A stretch of 52,328 nt of DNA from Thermomicrobiales bacterium (GCA_030446685.1 JAUJMV010000033.1:1-52328), one strand, 5' to 3'; shown: positions 1 to 9,726, counted from the first letter of the stretch. The notes: generated from the letters alone by a model not told the origin. Numbers and translations are program-made.

Positions 1-347
1 GGCTGGTGCTGGGGCCACTGCATGCTGAAGACGAGCTCCATCGGCGCCCACCACTGGTCGGGCGGGGCCTCGGGGGCGCGCTGCTGGAGGCCCGCCATGA
101 GGTCGTTCCACTCCCGCGAGGTCGGGTCGTCGTTGATGCGGGCGAAGTCGCGCGCCGGGTCGAACGTGTCGTCGGTTTCGAGGTACATGAACATCCGCGT
201 CCCGAGGAGGAAGATCTTCATCTCCCGGACGCCGACCTCGCGCAGGCGGGCCAGCACGCCCGGCCAGACCGCCTGGTGCTGGCGCTTGTACTCCGCGATC
301 TGCGCCGGGTCGTCCCGCAGGCAGAGGGTCAGGCCGAACGTCTTCAC
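1..347 (-). CDS. L-rhamnose mutarotase family protein (3' end runs off window)
   Basis: Manual translation from GTG at 347: VKTFGLTLCLRDDPAQIAEYKRQHQAVWPGVLARLREVGVREMKIFLLGTRMFMYLE...WNDLM...WWAPMELVF, matching the RhaM pattern EY...H..VWP; GTGA overlap with the upstream stop. Not in the ORF track. Confidence 0.85.
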   Translation of the reverse strand, partial: MKTFGLTLCLRDDPAQIAEYKRQHQAVWPGVLARLREVGVREMKIFLLGTRMFMYLETDDTFDPARDFARINDDPTSREWNDLMAGLQQRAPEAPPDQWWAPMELVFSMQWPQHQ

Positions 348-1126
348 CGGTCCTCCTTGCGCGCGATCAGGAGATAGGCGCCGGGCAGGCGGCGCGCGGC
401 GTCCAGCAGGTTCCCGAAGCGCCAATCGGCGTCGCTCGGGAACTCCTCCAGGCGTTCGATCCGCAGCCCGGCCCGCGCCAGCGCCGTGACGACATCGCCG
501 AGCGGCCAGGAGAACTCCCACTTGGTCTCGGCCGCGTCCTCGCCGCCGGCGAAGTGGCTCCAGCCCTGCTCGCGTTCCGGCCTGGCCCGTCCGAAATAGT
601 CGCTTGCGATCCGCAACTGGCCGTCGCTGTACCACAGGCAGCCGGCCAGGGGGTGTTCCTCGTGCAGGATCAGCCGGCCGCCCGGCCGGAGCGCCGCCGC
701 GACGACCTCCGCCCAGCGCGCAATGTCGGGGAGCCAGACAATCGCGCCGCCGCCGGTGAAGACGAGGTCGAACGTACCTTGTTGCAGGTCGTCGGGCAGG
801 GCATAGACGTCGGCGGCCACGAAGCGCACCGCGAGGCCGGCGTCGGCGGCTTTCCGCCCGGCCAGCGCGATCTGCGCGTCGCTGATGTCCACGCCGGTGG
901 CGCTGGCCCCCGCGACCGCCCACGAGAGGGTGTCCTCGCCGGTCGCGCATTGCAGGTGCAGCAGCGCGCGGCCGGTCACGTCCCCGGCCGCTTCGATCAC
1001 GGGCGGATCGAGGGTCGAGCCGCCGGCGGCGAAGAACTCCGCCGCTGGCCATTTCCGGTGCCGCACCGCCGCGATCTCGTTCCAGGCGCGGCGGTTGTGC
1101 GCGGTGTACTCGTGGAGGTCGGGCAT
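344..1126 (-). CDS. Class I SAM-dependent methyltransferase
   Basis: LLHLQCATGEDTLS motif I variant, GVDIS, FDLVFTGGGAIVWLPD, LRPGGRL. Confidence 0.88.
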   Translation of the reverse strand: MPDLHEYTAHNRRAWNEIAAVRHRKWPAAEFFAAGGSTLDPPVIEAAGDVTGRALLHLQCATGEDTLSWAVAGASATGVDISDAQIALAGRKAADAGLAVRFVAADVYALPDDLQQGTFDLVFTGGGAIVWLPDIARWAEVVAAALRPGGRLILHEEHPLAGCLWYSDGQLRIASDYFGRARPEREQGWSHFAGGEDAAETKWEFSWPLGDVVTALARAGLRIERLEEFPSDADWRFGNLLDAARRLPGAYLLIARKEDR

Positions 1127-1163
1127 CGTGGCAGCTCCTCGGGGCGATCCGCCCGGCCACTCG

Positions 1164-2645
1164 TCACAGGCCCAGGCGGGCGAGCTGCTCCGCGGGCGCG
1201 TCCACCCGCGCCAGGTGGGCGCGCAGCAGGTCGGCGAAGCGCCGTTCGAGCGCCGGGTCCGCCAGCGGGCGCTCCTGCCGGGGATCGGCGGCGAGGTCGA
1301 AGAGTTCGTGGCGCGAGGTGTAGGCGGCCCCGTCGCCGGCGCCGTAGCCGAGGGGGACCTTGCCCGGCTGGGGGATCTTGTAGACCGGGATGTTGTAGGT
1401 GTGGCCGAGGAAGCGGCCCATCTCCGCCTGGGCGAGCTGCTCGCGCGGGAGGAAGCCGTGGAAGCCGGTCGGCATCGCGGTGTAGGCGTAGACGACCGTG
1501 TCGGGGGCGAGCGGGTTGCGGAAGTAGGTGTGGCGGCCGTCGGTGGCGTTGGTCGCCATGCCGAAGTAGCCGTAGATGATCGCGTCGTGGACCGCCTCGT
1601 CCGCCTCCAGCGTAGGGCGCAGCGAGCGGCCGTGCAGGTGGGGCGGGACCGGCGCCCCGCACCAGTCGAGGACGGTCGGCATCAGGTCGGTGGTCTGCGT
1701 CAGGGCGGAGACGCGCGCGCCGGCCCGCGCCGAGCCGGGCAGGTGGACGATCAGCGGGATGCGCGCGATCTCGTTGTAGACCGGCATCGCGTTCTTCATC
1801 CAGTACTGGTGCTCGCCGAGCATCGAGCCGTGGTCGGTCGTCAGGACCACTGCCGTGTCGCGCCAGAGGTCGAGCGCGTCGAACCGGTCCCAGAGCCGGC
1901 CGAGCCAGTGGTCGGTCATCGTCAGCAGCGCGGCGTAACACTTGCGGATGTGCGCGATCGCCTCGGGGCTGTCCTCGCACTCGCCGTAGTTGGGCCAGTC
2001 GTAGAGCGGGCCGTCCCACCTGTCGTCGTAGAGGTCGAGGTACTTCTGCACGACATAAAACGGCTCGTGCGGGTCGAAGAGTTCGAGCTGGAGGAACCAG
2101 TTGTCGGCATCGCGGTTGTCGTCGAGCCAGCGGACGGCATGCTCGACGCAGCGCGGCCCGGAGAACTCGTGCTCCTCGCGCTGGGCCAGCCGGTTGAGCG
2201 CGTTCTGCTGGCGGTTGGCCTGGCGGTTGAGCGTCTCGGGGAGGGCGGGGAGATCGACGCGGCTGATCCAGAAGTCGCTCTCCTGCCCGCGCTCGAACTG
2301 CCAGGAGCTGAAGCTGCTGTTGTGGCCCTCGCCGCCGAGGTAGAAGTAGTGGTAGTGGTCGGTGATCAGGTGCGAGAAGACCGGCTGGTCGGCCTGGCGC
2401 AGGAGGTGGGGCAGCACGTCGTCGAACGGCTCCAGCGGCCCCCAACCCCGTTCGAGGAAATTGTGCCGCCCGGTCATGAACTCGCGACGGGCGGGCATGC
2501 AGGGGAGCGAGCCGACCCAGTGGTTGTCGCAGACGACCGAGCGCTCGGCCAGCCGCGCGATGTTGGGCGTCTGGACCCAGTCGCTGCCGTAGGGCTCCAG
2601 GTAGTCGCGCCGCAGCGTGTCGAGGATGACGAACAGGGTTTTCAC
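1164..2645 (-). CDS. Sulfatase (Cys-type, formylglycine-dependent family)
   Basis: GTG start at 2645 after GGAGG; VILDTLRRD, CMPARREFMTG (CxPxR motif), FDPHEPF, TTDHG, ELFDLAADP. Confidence 0.9.
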   Translation of the reverse strand: MKTLFVILDTLRRDYLEPYGSDWVQTPNIARLAERSVVCDNHWVGSLPCMPARREFMTGRHNFLERGWGPLEPFDDVLPHLLRQADQPVFSHLITDHYHYFYLGGEGHNSSFSSWQFERGQESDFWISRVDLPALPETLNRQANRQQNALNRLAQREEHEFSGPRCVEHAVRWLDDNRDADNWFLQLELFDPHEPFYVVQKYLDLYDDRWDGPLYDWPNYGECEDSPEAIAHIRKCYAALLTMTDHWLGRLWDRFDALDLWRDTAVVLTTDHGSMLGEHQYWMKNAMPVYNEIARIPLIVHLPGSARAGARVSALTQTTDLMPTVLDWCGAPVPPHLHGRSLRPTLEADEAVHDAIIYGYFGMATNATDGRHTYFRNPLAPDTVVYAYTAMPTGFHGFLPREQLAQAEMGRFLGHTYNIPVYKIPQPGKVPLGYGAGDGAAYTSRHELFDLAADPRQERPLADPALERRFADLLRAHLARVDAPAEQLARLGL

Positions 2646-2671
2646 AGGCGCCTCCGAATCGCGTAATAGGC

Positions 2672-2862
2672 GGGTGGCCGCCGGTTGAAACCGGCGCCTC
2701 ACGGGCGCATCGCGCCACAAAGTCCGCCTGCGCGGACTGGGACCGTTGCTACAGCGTGGCTTGTCCCATTAGCCTTTCGCCTCGCCCGCCTCCCAACCCG
2801 CGGCGGCGGGCTTCGTGGCGCTGTGGCGCCCGCGAGGCGCCGGTTTCAACCGGCGGCCACCC
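2672..2862. repeat. REP/REPIN-like ~72-bp imperfect inverted repeat pair
   Basis: 2672-2742 (gggtggccgccggttgaaaccggcgcctc...) is the reverse complement of 2791-2862 with few mismatches; the core ggtttcaaccggcgg recurs at ~22536-22550. Confidence 0.8.
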
Positions 2863-4165
2863 CGGCGACGGCCTCCGCTCTCTCCATGGTTGTCGCGCCC
2901 GATGCCTCGCCCTTCAGCCGGTAGAGGATTTCGCCGGCCTTGGGGACGAGCAGGATCCCCTCATCCTCGCGCCCGGCCCACTCGGCGAGGTTGATCGTCG
3001 CGGGGTCGCGGTAGCCGAGGTTGTGCGCGGCGCAACGCTCGGGCGAGATGCCGGTCGCCAGGGTGACCGCGATGCGGGGCCGCTCGCCCCCCGCGAGGTC
3101 GTGGTGGCCGGCGCCGCGCAGGTGGGTGCTGTGCGCCAGGACGCCGCCCGGATAGTGCGCGAAGCGGTCCCACTGGTTGAGGAAGTAGTCGCGGACGTGG
3201 TAGCCGATCTCCGCCAGGTCTTTGCCGTGGGTGTAGCTGAACTCGGTGATGTGCGGCGCGTAGATGATTACCTCGCCGCCGTCGGCCACCACCGGCTCCA
3301 GTTTGTACATCCCCTTCGCTGCCGTCCAGATGTCGTCGTACATTTGGGGCATGACGGAGAGGACCTGCCGGAACGGGCGGTCCATGTATTTGATGTGGAT
3401 CTGAGCGGAGAGATCGGCGGCGGCGGACCAGGCGGCCTGCGGCTCGGCGATGTAGAGGCCGGCGAGGCTGTTGGCGCCGGGCGCGACGACCAGCGCGCAG
3501 CAGAGCTTCGGGGTCGGGACCAGCGAGGCGGCGCGGTCGATCAGGCGGCGCACCGGGGTGATGCCCTTGGTCCCGATGATCGCGTAGCTGGTGATCAGCG
3601 CGCCGAGCCAGTGCGAGAGGTCGATCACCTCCGGGCCGCTGACGCCGGGGAAGAAGTACTTGTTGCCGCCGGAGAAGCCGACGACCTCGTGGGGGAAGAC
3701 GGGGCCGCAGATGATGATCCAATCGTACTCGGTCACCAGCCGGTTAATCCGCACCTCGACCGCCCGCCGCAGCATCCCGCCGCTGATGTCGGCCACCTCG
3801 TCCTCGGAGATCGTCCCGAGCGAGACGAAGGTCTCCGGCTTCGCCCACTCGTGATTGAAGACCCGCACGTCCCGGAAGGTCGTCGCCCACTCCGCCGGGG
3901 TGACGCCGACCAGCCGGTCGATCTGCTCGCGGTCCATCGGCGAGTGCGTGCCGAGCGCGATCAGGAAGTCGAGCGCCGCCACGCGCCCCCCCAGCTCCTT
4001 GTGCAGCAGCCGGAACATCTGGGGGATCGGGGCGGTGCGCGTGCCGTCCGGGATCAGGACCAGCACCCGCCGCCCGTCGAGCTCCTGCTCGGCCAGGGCC
4101 GCCGCCACCAGCCCCGCCGCCTCCGCGTCATCCAGTAGCCTCTCGGTGTGGCCCGCTCCGTGCAT
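2846..4165 (-). CDS. LarA (nickel-pincer lactate racemase superfamily, DUF2088) protein, possibly sugar-acid 2-epimerase
   Basis: ATG at 4165 after GGAGG; IPDGTR, ALGTH, FPHEVVGFSGGNKYFFPG, AAKG motifs of LarA homologues. Confidence 0.85.
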   Translation of the reverse strand: MHGAGHTERLLDDAEAAGLVAAALAEQELDGRRVLVLIPDGTRTAPIPQMFRLLHKELGGRVAALDFLIALGTHSPMDREQIDRLVGVTPAEWATTFRDVRVFNHEWAKPETFVSLGTISEDEVADISGGMLRRAVEVRINRLVTEYDWIIICGPVFPHEVVGFSGGNKYFFPGVSGPEVIDLSHWLGALITSYAIIGTKGITPVRRLIDRAASLVPTPKLCCALVVAPGANSLAGLYIAEPQAAWSAAADLSAQIHIKYMDRPFRQVLSVMPQMYDDIWTAAKGMYKLEPVVADGGEVIIYAPHITEFSYTHGKDLAEIGYHVRDYFLNQWDRFAHYPGGVLAHSTHLRGAGHHDLAGGERPRIAVTLATGISPERCAAHNLGYRDPATINLAEWAGREDEGILLVPKAGEILYRLKGEASGATTMERAEAVAGVAAG

Positions 4166-4179
4166 GGTTCCTCCAGTTG

Positions 4180-4283
4180 GTAGTCGGATAGTCGGGTAGT
4201 AAGGAAGCGGCGGAAGTGGCATGGCTGCCCCCGACGTTCCCGTCCTCCTCTCGCCGACTAGCCGACTACCCGACTACCCGACT
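4180..4283. repeat. Inverted pair of short tandem 8-mer repeats (GTCGGGTA / TACCCGAC)
   Basis: gtagtcggatagtcgggtagt at 4180-4200 versus ccgactagccgactacccgactacccgact at 4254-4283; the same unit occurs at 20118-20224. Confidence 0.75.
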
Positions 4284-4287
4284 CGCG

Positions 4288-5139
4288 TCACACGCCGCTG
4301 AACGCGCTGAAGCCGCCGTCGACCGGGACGACGACGCCGTTGACGAAGCTGGCGCCGGGGGAGCAGAGCCAGAGCAGCGTGCTGACCAACTCGTCCGGCT
4401 CGCCGAAGCGCCCGGCGGGGGTGTGGTCGACGATGGTCTGTCCGCGTGCGGTGAGTCCGCCGTCGGGGTTGAGGAGGAGCGCGCGGTTCTGGTCGCCGAC
4501 GAAGAAGCCGGGGGCGATCGCGTTGACGCGCAGCCCGCCCCCGTAGCGGCGGGCTAGTTCAGTCGCCATCCAGCGGGTGAAGTTGTCCACCGCGGCCTTG
4601 GCGGCGGAGTAGCCGATCACGCGGGTGAGGGTGCGCTGCGCCGCCATCGAGGAGATGTTGACGACGCTGCCGCGCGGCGCCGCCCCGCCGGCGCTCTCCC
4701 GCCGGGCCATCGCCGCGCCGAAGACCTGGGTGGGGAGCAGCGTGCCGAGCAGGTTGAGGTCGAAGACCTGCCGGAAGGCGTCCTGCGGCAGGTCGAAGAC
4801 CGTCGTGTCGTCGGTGAGGGTGGCGGCGGGGACGTTGCCGCCGGCGGCGTTGACCAGGATGTCGATCCGCCCCCAACGGGCCAGCACGCTCTCCAGTGCG
4901 CCGGCCAGTTGCGCCTTGTCGAGGACGTCGGCGGGCAGCGCCAGCCCCTCACCGCCGCCCTCCGCGACCGCCGCGACGACCTCCTCGGCGCGCTCCCGCC
5001 GCCGGCCGAGCACCCCGACCCGCGCGCCCGCCCCGGCCAGCCCGCGCACCATCGCCCCACCCAGCACCCCGGTGCCGCCGGTGACGACCGCGACCTGCCC
5101 CTCCAGGCTGAACAACTGCGTGAGTAGGCTATCCGGCAT
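4288..5139 (-). CDS. SDR oxidoreductase, probable D-mannonate oxidoreductase/fructuronate reductase
   Basis: TGGTGVLG, NAAGGN, NISSM, YSAAK, NAIAPGFF, VDGGFSAFSGV C-terminus typical of the SDR-type UxuB group; directly downstream of uxaC. Confidence 0.85.
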   Translation of the reverse strand: MPDSLLTQLFSLEGQVAVVTGGTGVLGGAMVRGLAGAGARVGVLGRRRERAEEVVAAVAEGGGEGLALPADVLDKAQLAGALESVLARWGRIDILVNAAGGNVPAATLTDDTTVFDLPQDAFRQVFDLNLLGTLLPTQVFGAAMARRESAGGAAPRGSVVNISSMAAQRTLTRVIGYSAAKAAVDNFTRWMATELARRYGGGLRVNAIAPGFFVGDQNRALLLNPDGGLTARGQTIVDHTPAGRFGEPDELVSTLLWLCSPGASFVNGVVVPVDGGFSAFSGV

Positions 5140-5173
5140 CGCTCCTCTCCTCTCAACAGCCGAGAGGGACGGA

Positions 5174-5272
5174 TTCACCACAGAGGCACGGAGGACGGGA
5201 GGGAGTTCACAGAGAAGGCGAATAGAGGAACTCTCTGCCCTCCCTTCCGTAACTCTGTGTCTCTGTGGTGAA
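5174..5272. repeat. Intergenic inverted repeat (TTCACCACAGAG-type)
   Basis: TTCACCACAGAGGCACGGAG (5174-5193) pairs with CTCTGTGTCTCTGTGGTGAA (5253-5272). Confidence 0.7.
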
Positions 5273-5281
5273 ATCGTACCC

Positions 5282-6700
5282 TTACAGATTATAGGCGCGC
5301 TTCGCCAGGTCGTAGGCCAGCTCGCGCGCCATCGCGGCGGCGTCCTCCTCGTCGATCAGGCCGCGGACGGCCTGCCGGGCGAGCCAGTTCGAGGTGACGC
5401 GGCGCCAGACGTCGTGGCGCGAGGGGATCGAGGCGAAGGCGCGGGTGTCGTCGTTGAAGCCGGCCAGGTTGTAGATGCCGGCCGTCTCCACGGTTGCGTC
5501 GAGGTAGCGTTCCATCCCCAGCACGCTGTCGTAGAACCACCAGGGCGGCCCGAGCAGCACCGCCGGGTAGTGGCCGGCGAGGGGCGCGAGCTCGCGGCCG
5601 TAGACGCTCTCGTCGAGGGTGAAGAGGATCAGGCGGAAGCGCGGATCGTTGCCCCAGGCGTTCAGGAGTGGCTGGAGGTTGCGGGTGTACTCGGTCTGGG
5701 TGGGGATGTCCGCGCCCTTGTCGGGGCCGAAGCGGTCGAAGAGGGCGGCGTTGTGGTTGCGCAGGCTGCCGACATGGAGCTGCATCACCAGCCCGTCCTC
5801 GGCGCTCATCCGCGCCATCTCCAGCAGCATGTGCGCGGTGAACGCGGCGGCGTCGGTGGCGGTCGCCTGCCCGCGGAGCGCGCGGTCGAAGAGCGCGCCC
5901 GCCTCCTCGTCGGTGAGGCGGTGGGTGTGCGGGGTGAGGGCGCTGTGGTCGGTGGCGGTCGCGCCCAGCTCCTTGAAGAAGGCGCGGCGCGACTCGAGCG
6001 CGCGGATGAAGGAGGGGTAATCGGGGATGTCCGTCCCGGCGACCTGGATGAGCCGGTCGAGGTTCGCGCGCCAGGCGGGGGCGTCGAGGTTGATCACCGC
6101 GTCGGGGCGGAAGGTCGGGCGGACGTTGGTGAAGCCGTCGGCGTGCAGTTTCTTGTGGTGGTCGAGCGTGTCGGTGGCGAAGTCGGTCGTGGAGAGCGCC
6201 TCGATGTTGAAACGCTGGAAGAGGGCGCGCGGCGAGAACTCCGGCTTGGCGAGTTGCGCCTCCAGGTGGTCGTAGATGCGGTCGGCGCTGGCGGCGTCGA
6301 GCTTCTCATCCACCCCGAACAGAGTCGTCAGCTCGTCGCTCAGCCAGAGGCCGGTCGGCGTGCCACGGAAGAGGTGGAAGTATTCCGCGAAGCGGCGCCA
6401 GATCGCGCGGCCGTCGGTTGCGGTCGGCGAGCCGTCGCGCGTGGGGACGCCGAGGTCTTCGAGCGGCACCCCCTGGCTGTAGAGCATCCGGAAGACGTAG
6501 TGATCGGGGATGATGAAGAGGTCGGCCGGCGAGCCGAGCGTCGCGTCCGGGTCCGACAGCAGCGCCGGGTCGACGTGGCCGTGCGGGCTGACCAGCGGCA
6601 GATCCTTCACTTCATTGTAGAGCTGGCGGGCCAGGTCGCGCTGCGCCGGGTCCGGGTCGAAACAGCGGTCCGGCGACAGGGTCCATCCCTTCGTCTGCAT
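5282..6700 (-). CDS. uxaC: Glucuronate (uronate) isomerase
   Basis: ATG at 6700; SPHGHVDP, PDHYVFRMLYSQG, MQLHVG, GPDKGADIP, LGPPWWF, GFNDDTRAF. Confidence 0.95.
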   Translation of the reverse strand: MQTKGWTLSPDRCFDPDPAQRDLARQLYNEVKDLPLVSPHGHVDPALLSDPDATLGSPADLFIIPDHYVFRMLYSQGVPLEDLGVPTRDGSPTATDGRAIWRRFAEYFHLFRGTPTGLWLSDELTTLFGVDEKLDAASADRIYDHLEAQLAKPEFSPRALFQRFNIEALSTTDFATDTLDHHKKLHADGFTNVRPTFRPDAVINLDAPAWRANLDRLIQVAGTDIPDYPSFIRALESRRAFFKELGATATDHSALTPHTHRLTDEEAGALFDRALRGQATATDAAAFTAHMLLEMARMSAEDGLVMQLHVGSLRNHNAALFDRFGPDKGADIPTQTEYTRNLQPLLNAWGNDPRFRLILFTLDESVYGRELAPLAGHYPAVLLGPPWWFYDSVLGMERYLDATVETAGIYNLAGFNDDTRAFASIPSRHDVWRRVTSNWLARQAVRGLIDEEDAAAMARELAYDLAKRAYNL

Positions 6701-6832
6701 CTCTCCCCTCCCCCACAATCCTCGTGTCGACCGCCGCCCCCGGCCCCTCCGCTGGTGCTGGGGAGGGGAGGAACGGCGAGCGATTGGCGCCTCGTGCCGG
6801 TGACCGCGACGAACACGGACACCGGGGAGGTG

Positions 6833-6861
6833 ATTGTGCCGCTTCATCGCGCGATTGGCAA
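6833..6861 (-). promoter_or_regulatory. Putative sigma70 promoter of the uxaC operon
   Basis: TTGCCA-N17-CACAAT on the minus strand, just after a GC hairpin (6871-6895) that may end the hom transcript. Confidence 0.5.
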
Positions 6862-6926
6862 GTCGTTGTAGTCGCCGCGCCTGGGGCGCGGCGGCGGGGG
6901 TTAGCCCGTTGCCGTGGGCCTGGGGC

Positions 6927-8093
6927 TCAGTCGAGGGCGGGGAGGTCGCAGCGGAAGAGGCCGCCGCCGGCGGCGCGCGCGGCGGGGCCGAGGTCGGCCG
7001 CGGTCGCGCCCTCGACAATCCCCAGCCAGCCGTCGCCGTCGCGGGTCCAGCGCGCGTTGTGGCCGAGCGCCGCGGGGTCGGCGGCGTGGGGGAGGCGCAC
7101 GGCGTAGCGGGCGGGCAGGGGCCGGACGGCGGCGGGAGCAAGGTCCGGCGCGGGGTAGTCGAGCGTCAGCGCGCCGCCAGCGATCGCGGCGAGGTCACCG
7201 AGGAGCGCGCCGGCGGTCGGTTCGGCGCCCGCGCCCGGCCCGCTCAGCGTCGTCGCGCCGATCAGGTCGCCCTCGATGCGGATCGCGTTGCCGGGGCCGT
7301 CCGGCGCGGCCAGCGCGTCGGCGAGCGGGACCGCCGCCGGCTCGACCGCGGCGAGGTCGCCGCCGGCGGCGCGCGCCGCCCGCGCGACGTACTTGATCCG
7401 CGCGCCGTGGGCGGCGGCCCAGCGCAGATCGGCGGGGGTGACGTCGGTGAGCGGGCGGCGGGGGATCGTGGCGGGGGCGACGTAGACGCCGAAGGCGAGC
7501 GCGGCGAGGATCGCGAGCTTGGCCGCCGCGTCGTGGCCCTCGACGTCGGTCGAGGGATCGGGCTCGGCGAAGCCGGCCGCCTGGGCGCGGGCCAGCGCCT
7601 CGTCGTACGAATATCCCGCCTCCATCGCGCCGAGGATGGCGTTGGTGGTGCCGTTGATCACGCCGCCGACGGCGGTGAGGCGCTGCCCGCCGGCGAGCTG
7701 GCGCAGCGCCGCGATGACCGGCACGCCGCCGCCGACGCAGGCTTCGATGCCGAGCCCGACGCCGTGCCGCCGCGCGAGCGCGAAGAGGCGCGGCCCCTGC
7801 GCGGCGATCGCCCCCTTGTTGGCGGTGACGACCGGCCGCCCGCGTTCGAGCGCGGCGGCGATCAGGTTGGCGGCCGGCAGTTCGCCGCCCAGCACCTCGA
7901 CAACCGGGCCGGTCCCGTCGAGCGCCTCGTCCGCGCTCGTCGTCAGCGCGCCGTCCGGCAGGGCGACCGCGCGGGGCTTGCAGCGGTCGCGCACCAGCGC
8001 CCGCCCGACCGCCCAGGGCGACCCCTCCCGCGCGCAGGCGCGGGCCACGCCGCCGCCCACCGTTCCCAGTCCGAGCAACGTTAGTTCGCTCAT
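6927..8093 (-). CDS. hom: Homoserine dehydrogenase
   Basis: ATG at 8093; LLGLGTVGGG, VVTANK, EACVGGGVP, INGTTNAIL, GFAEPDP..DVEGHDAAAK, GPGAG. Confidence 0.93.
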   Translation of the reverse strand: MSELTLLGLGTVGGGVARACAREGSPWAVGRALVRDRCKPRAVALPDGALTTSADEALDGTGPVVEVLGGELPAANLIAAALERGRPVVTANKGAIAAQGPRLFALARRHGVGLGIEACVGGGVPVIAALRQLAGGQRLTAVGGVINGTTNAILGAMEAGYSYDEALARAQAAGFAEPDPSTDVEGHDAAAKLAILAALAFGVYVAPATIPRRPLTDVTPADLRWAAAHGARIKYVARAARAAGGDLAAVEPAAVPLADALAAPDGPGNAIRIEGDLIGATTLSGPGAGAEPTAGALLGDLAAIAGGALTLDYPAPDLAPAAVRPLPARYAVRLPHAADPAALGHNARWTRDGDGWLGIVEGATAADLGPAARAAGGGLFRCDLPALD

Positions 8094-8100
8094 TACTGCC

Positions 8101-8616
8101 TTACTCTGGACTTGTTTGAGCCACCGCGGTCGCGCGCCGGAATAGCCCAAGTCCGTAACCCAGCATTTCAGCCAGTGCCTCTACCTCGGCATCCGTCCAG
8201 ATCGGTTTGTACTGCTTGCCTGACGGTGTTACTGACGGAGGATTTGTTCCCCAGAACAGCTTGTCGTAGACGATGTAGACACGCTCCCGATCCCGATCGC
8301 ACATCCGATCACCGATAGATACAGCGACATCGCTGCACAAGTTCCACGCCGCCAGGCAACCAGCGCAGTCTATCCCCTTCTGCTGCGGTCGTTCGAGCCA
8401 ACGCGCGACCGCATCGAGGTCGTGCAGAATCGGATCCTCCTCCTTGACCCGCAAGCCGAGGGCGTCGGCATGAGCGCGCAGATGCGCCAGGTCTGAGAAG
8501 GTCGGCACGCGCCCGGCGCCATCAATGACCACCCCATCCGGGTCGTTTGAGTACCAGATGAGGTATGCATCCTTCCGGTCGAGCCGGTACCAGCAAGCGT
8601 AGTATTTGGTACTCAT
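8101..8616 (-). CDS. Hypothetical protein inserted between asd and hom
   Basis: 171-aa ORF with globular composition (YDKLFWG..P...P...Y.P.W); visibly lower GC than its neighbours. Confidence 0.75.
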   Translation of the reverse strand: MSTKYYACWYRLDRKDAYLIWYSNDPDGVVIDGAGRVPTFSDLAHLRAHADALGLRVKEEDPILHDLDAVARWLERPQQKGIDCAGCLAAWNLCSDVAVSIGDRMCDRDRERVYIVYDKLFWGTNPPSVTPSGKQYKPIWTDAEVEALAEMLGYGLGLFRRATAVAQTSPE

Positions 8617-8637
8617 CTCGCCCGGAACCCTTCTCCC

Positions 8638-9726
8638 TTACCGTGCCGAAGCCGACAACCGGCCGCCGACCGCCGGGAGATGCCTCTGCGCGACCAGCAT
8701 CTCGGCGTTGAGGATCGAGGCGCCGGCCGCGCCGCGGATCGTATTATGCCCGAGCAGGACGAACTTGTAGCCGAGGATCGGGCAGGGGCGCAGCCGCCCG
8801 ACAACGGTCGCCATGCCGCGCTCGCGGTCGCGGTCGAGGGCCGGCTGCGGGCGGTCGGGCGCGTCGAGGAGGATCACGGGCCGGCGGGGGGCGCTCGGCA
8901 GGCCCAACTCCTGCGGCGGGCCGCTGAAGGCGCGCAGCGCCGCCGCGACCTCGTCCAGTTCGGCCGGGCGCGCGAGCCGGACGGAGACCGACTCGGTGTG
9001 GCCGTCGCGCACGGGGACGCGGGTGCAGGTGGCGCTGACGGCGATCCCGGCGTCGGTGAAGCCGCGCGCCTCGTCGTAGCCGCCGAGGATCTTGCGCGTC
9101 TCGGTCGCCATCTTCTCCTCTTCGCCGCCGATGTAGGGGACAACGTTGTCGAGCATGTCGAGCGACGGCACGCCCGGGTAGCCGGCGCCGGAGACCGCCT
9201 GCAAGGTCGTCACCAGCGCGGCGTCGAGGCCGAAGGCGTCCTGCAGCGGCTTGAGGGCCAGCATCAGGTGGATGGTCGAGCAGTTGGGGTTGGTCACCAG
9301 CGAGCCGGACCAGCCGCGCTCGCGTCGCTGACGCTCCAGCGCCGCCGCGTGGCCGGCGTTGACCTCCGGCACGATCAGCGGCACGTCCGGGGCCATCCGG
9401 TGGCTGCGCGCGTTGCTGAAGACGGCGTGCCCGGCGGCGGCCAGCGCCGCCTCGGTCTCGCCCGCGACCTCGGCGGGCAGGGCGGAGAAGAGGATCGGGC
9501 TGGTCAGGCGCTCGTCCGGGGCGAGGAGCGGCAGATCGCGCGCGCCGTCCGGCACGCCGCCCGGCAGCCGCCACTCGACCGCCTCGCCGTAGGGCCGCCC
9601 CGCGCGCCGCTCCGAGCCGACGACCTCGCGCAGCTCGAACCAGGGGTGCCCGTCCAGCAGTTGCACGAACCGCTGCCCTACCGCGCCTGTTGCGGCCAAG
9701 ACGCCGACCGGGATGCGCTCATTCAT
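8638..9726 (-). CDS. asd: Aspartate-semialdehyde dehydrogenase (archaeal/fungal-like type)
   Basis: ATG at 9726 after GGAGG; [25 protein letters not shown] (catalytic Cys), [16 protein letters not shown]. Confidence 0.95.
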   Translation of the reverse strand: MNERIPVGVLAATGAVGQRFVQLLDGHPWFELREVVGSERRAGRPYGEAVEWRLPGGVPDGARDLPLLAPDERLTSPILFSALPAEVAGETEAALAAAGHAVFSNARSHRMAPDVPLIVPEVNAGHAAALERQRRERGWSGSLVTNPNCSTIHLMLALKPLQDAFGLDAALVTTLQAVSGAGYPGVPSLDMLDNVVPYIGGEEEKMATETRKILGGYDEARGFTDAGIAVSATCTRVPVRDGHTESVSVRLARPAELDEVAAALRAFSGPPQELGLPSAPRRPVILLDAPDRPQPALDRDRERGMATVVGRLRPCPILGYKFVLLGHNTIRGAAGASILNAEMLVAQRHLPAVGGRLSASAR

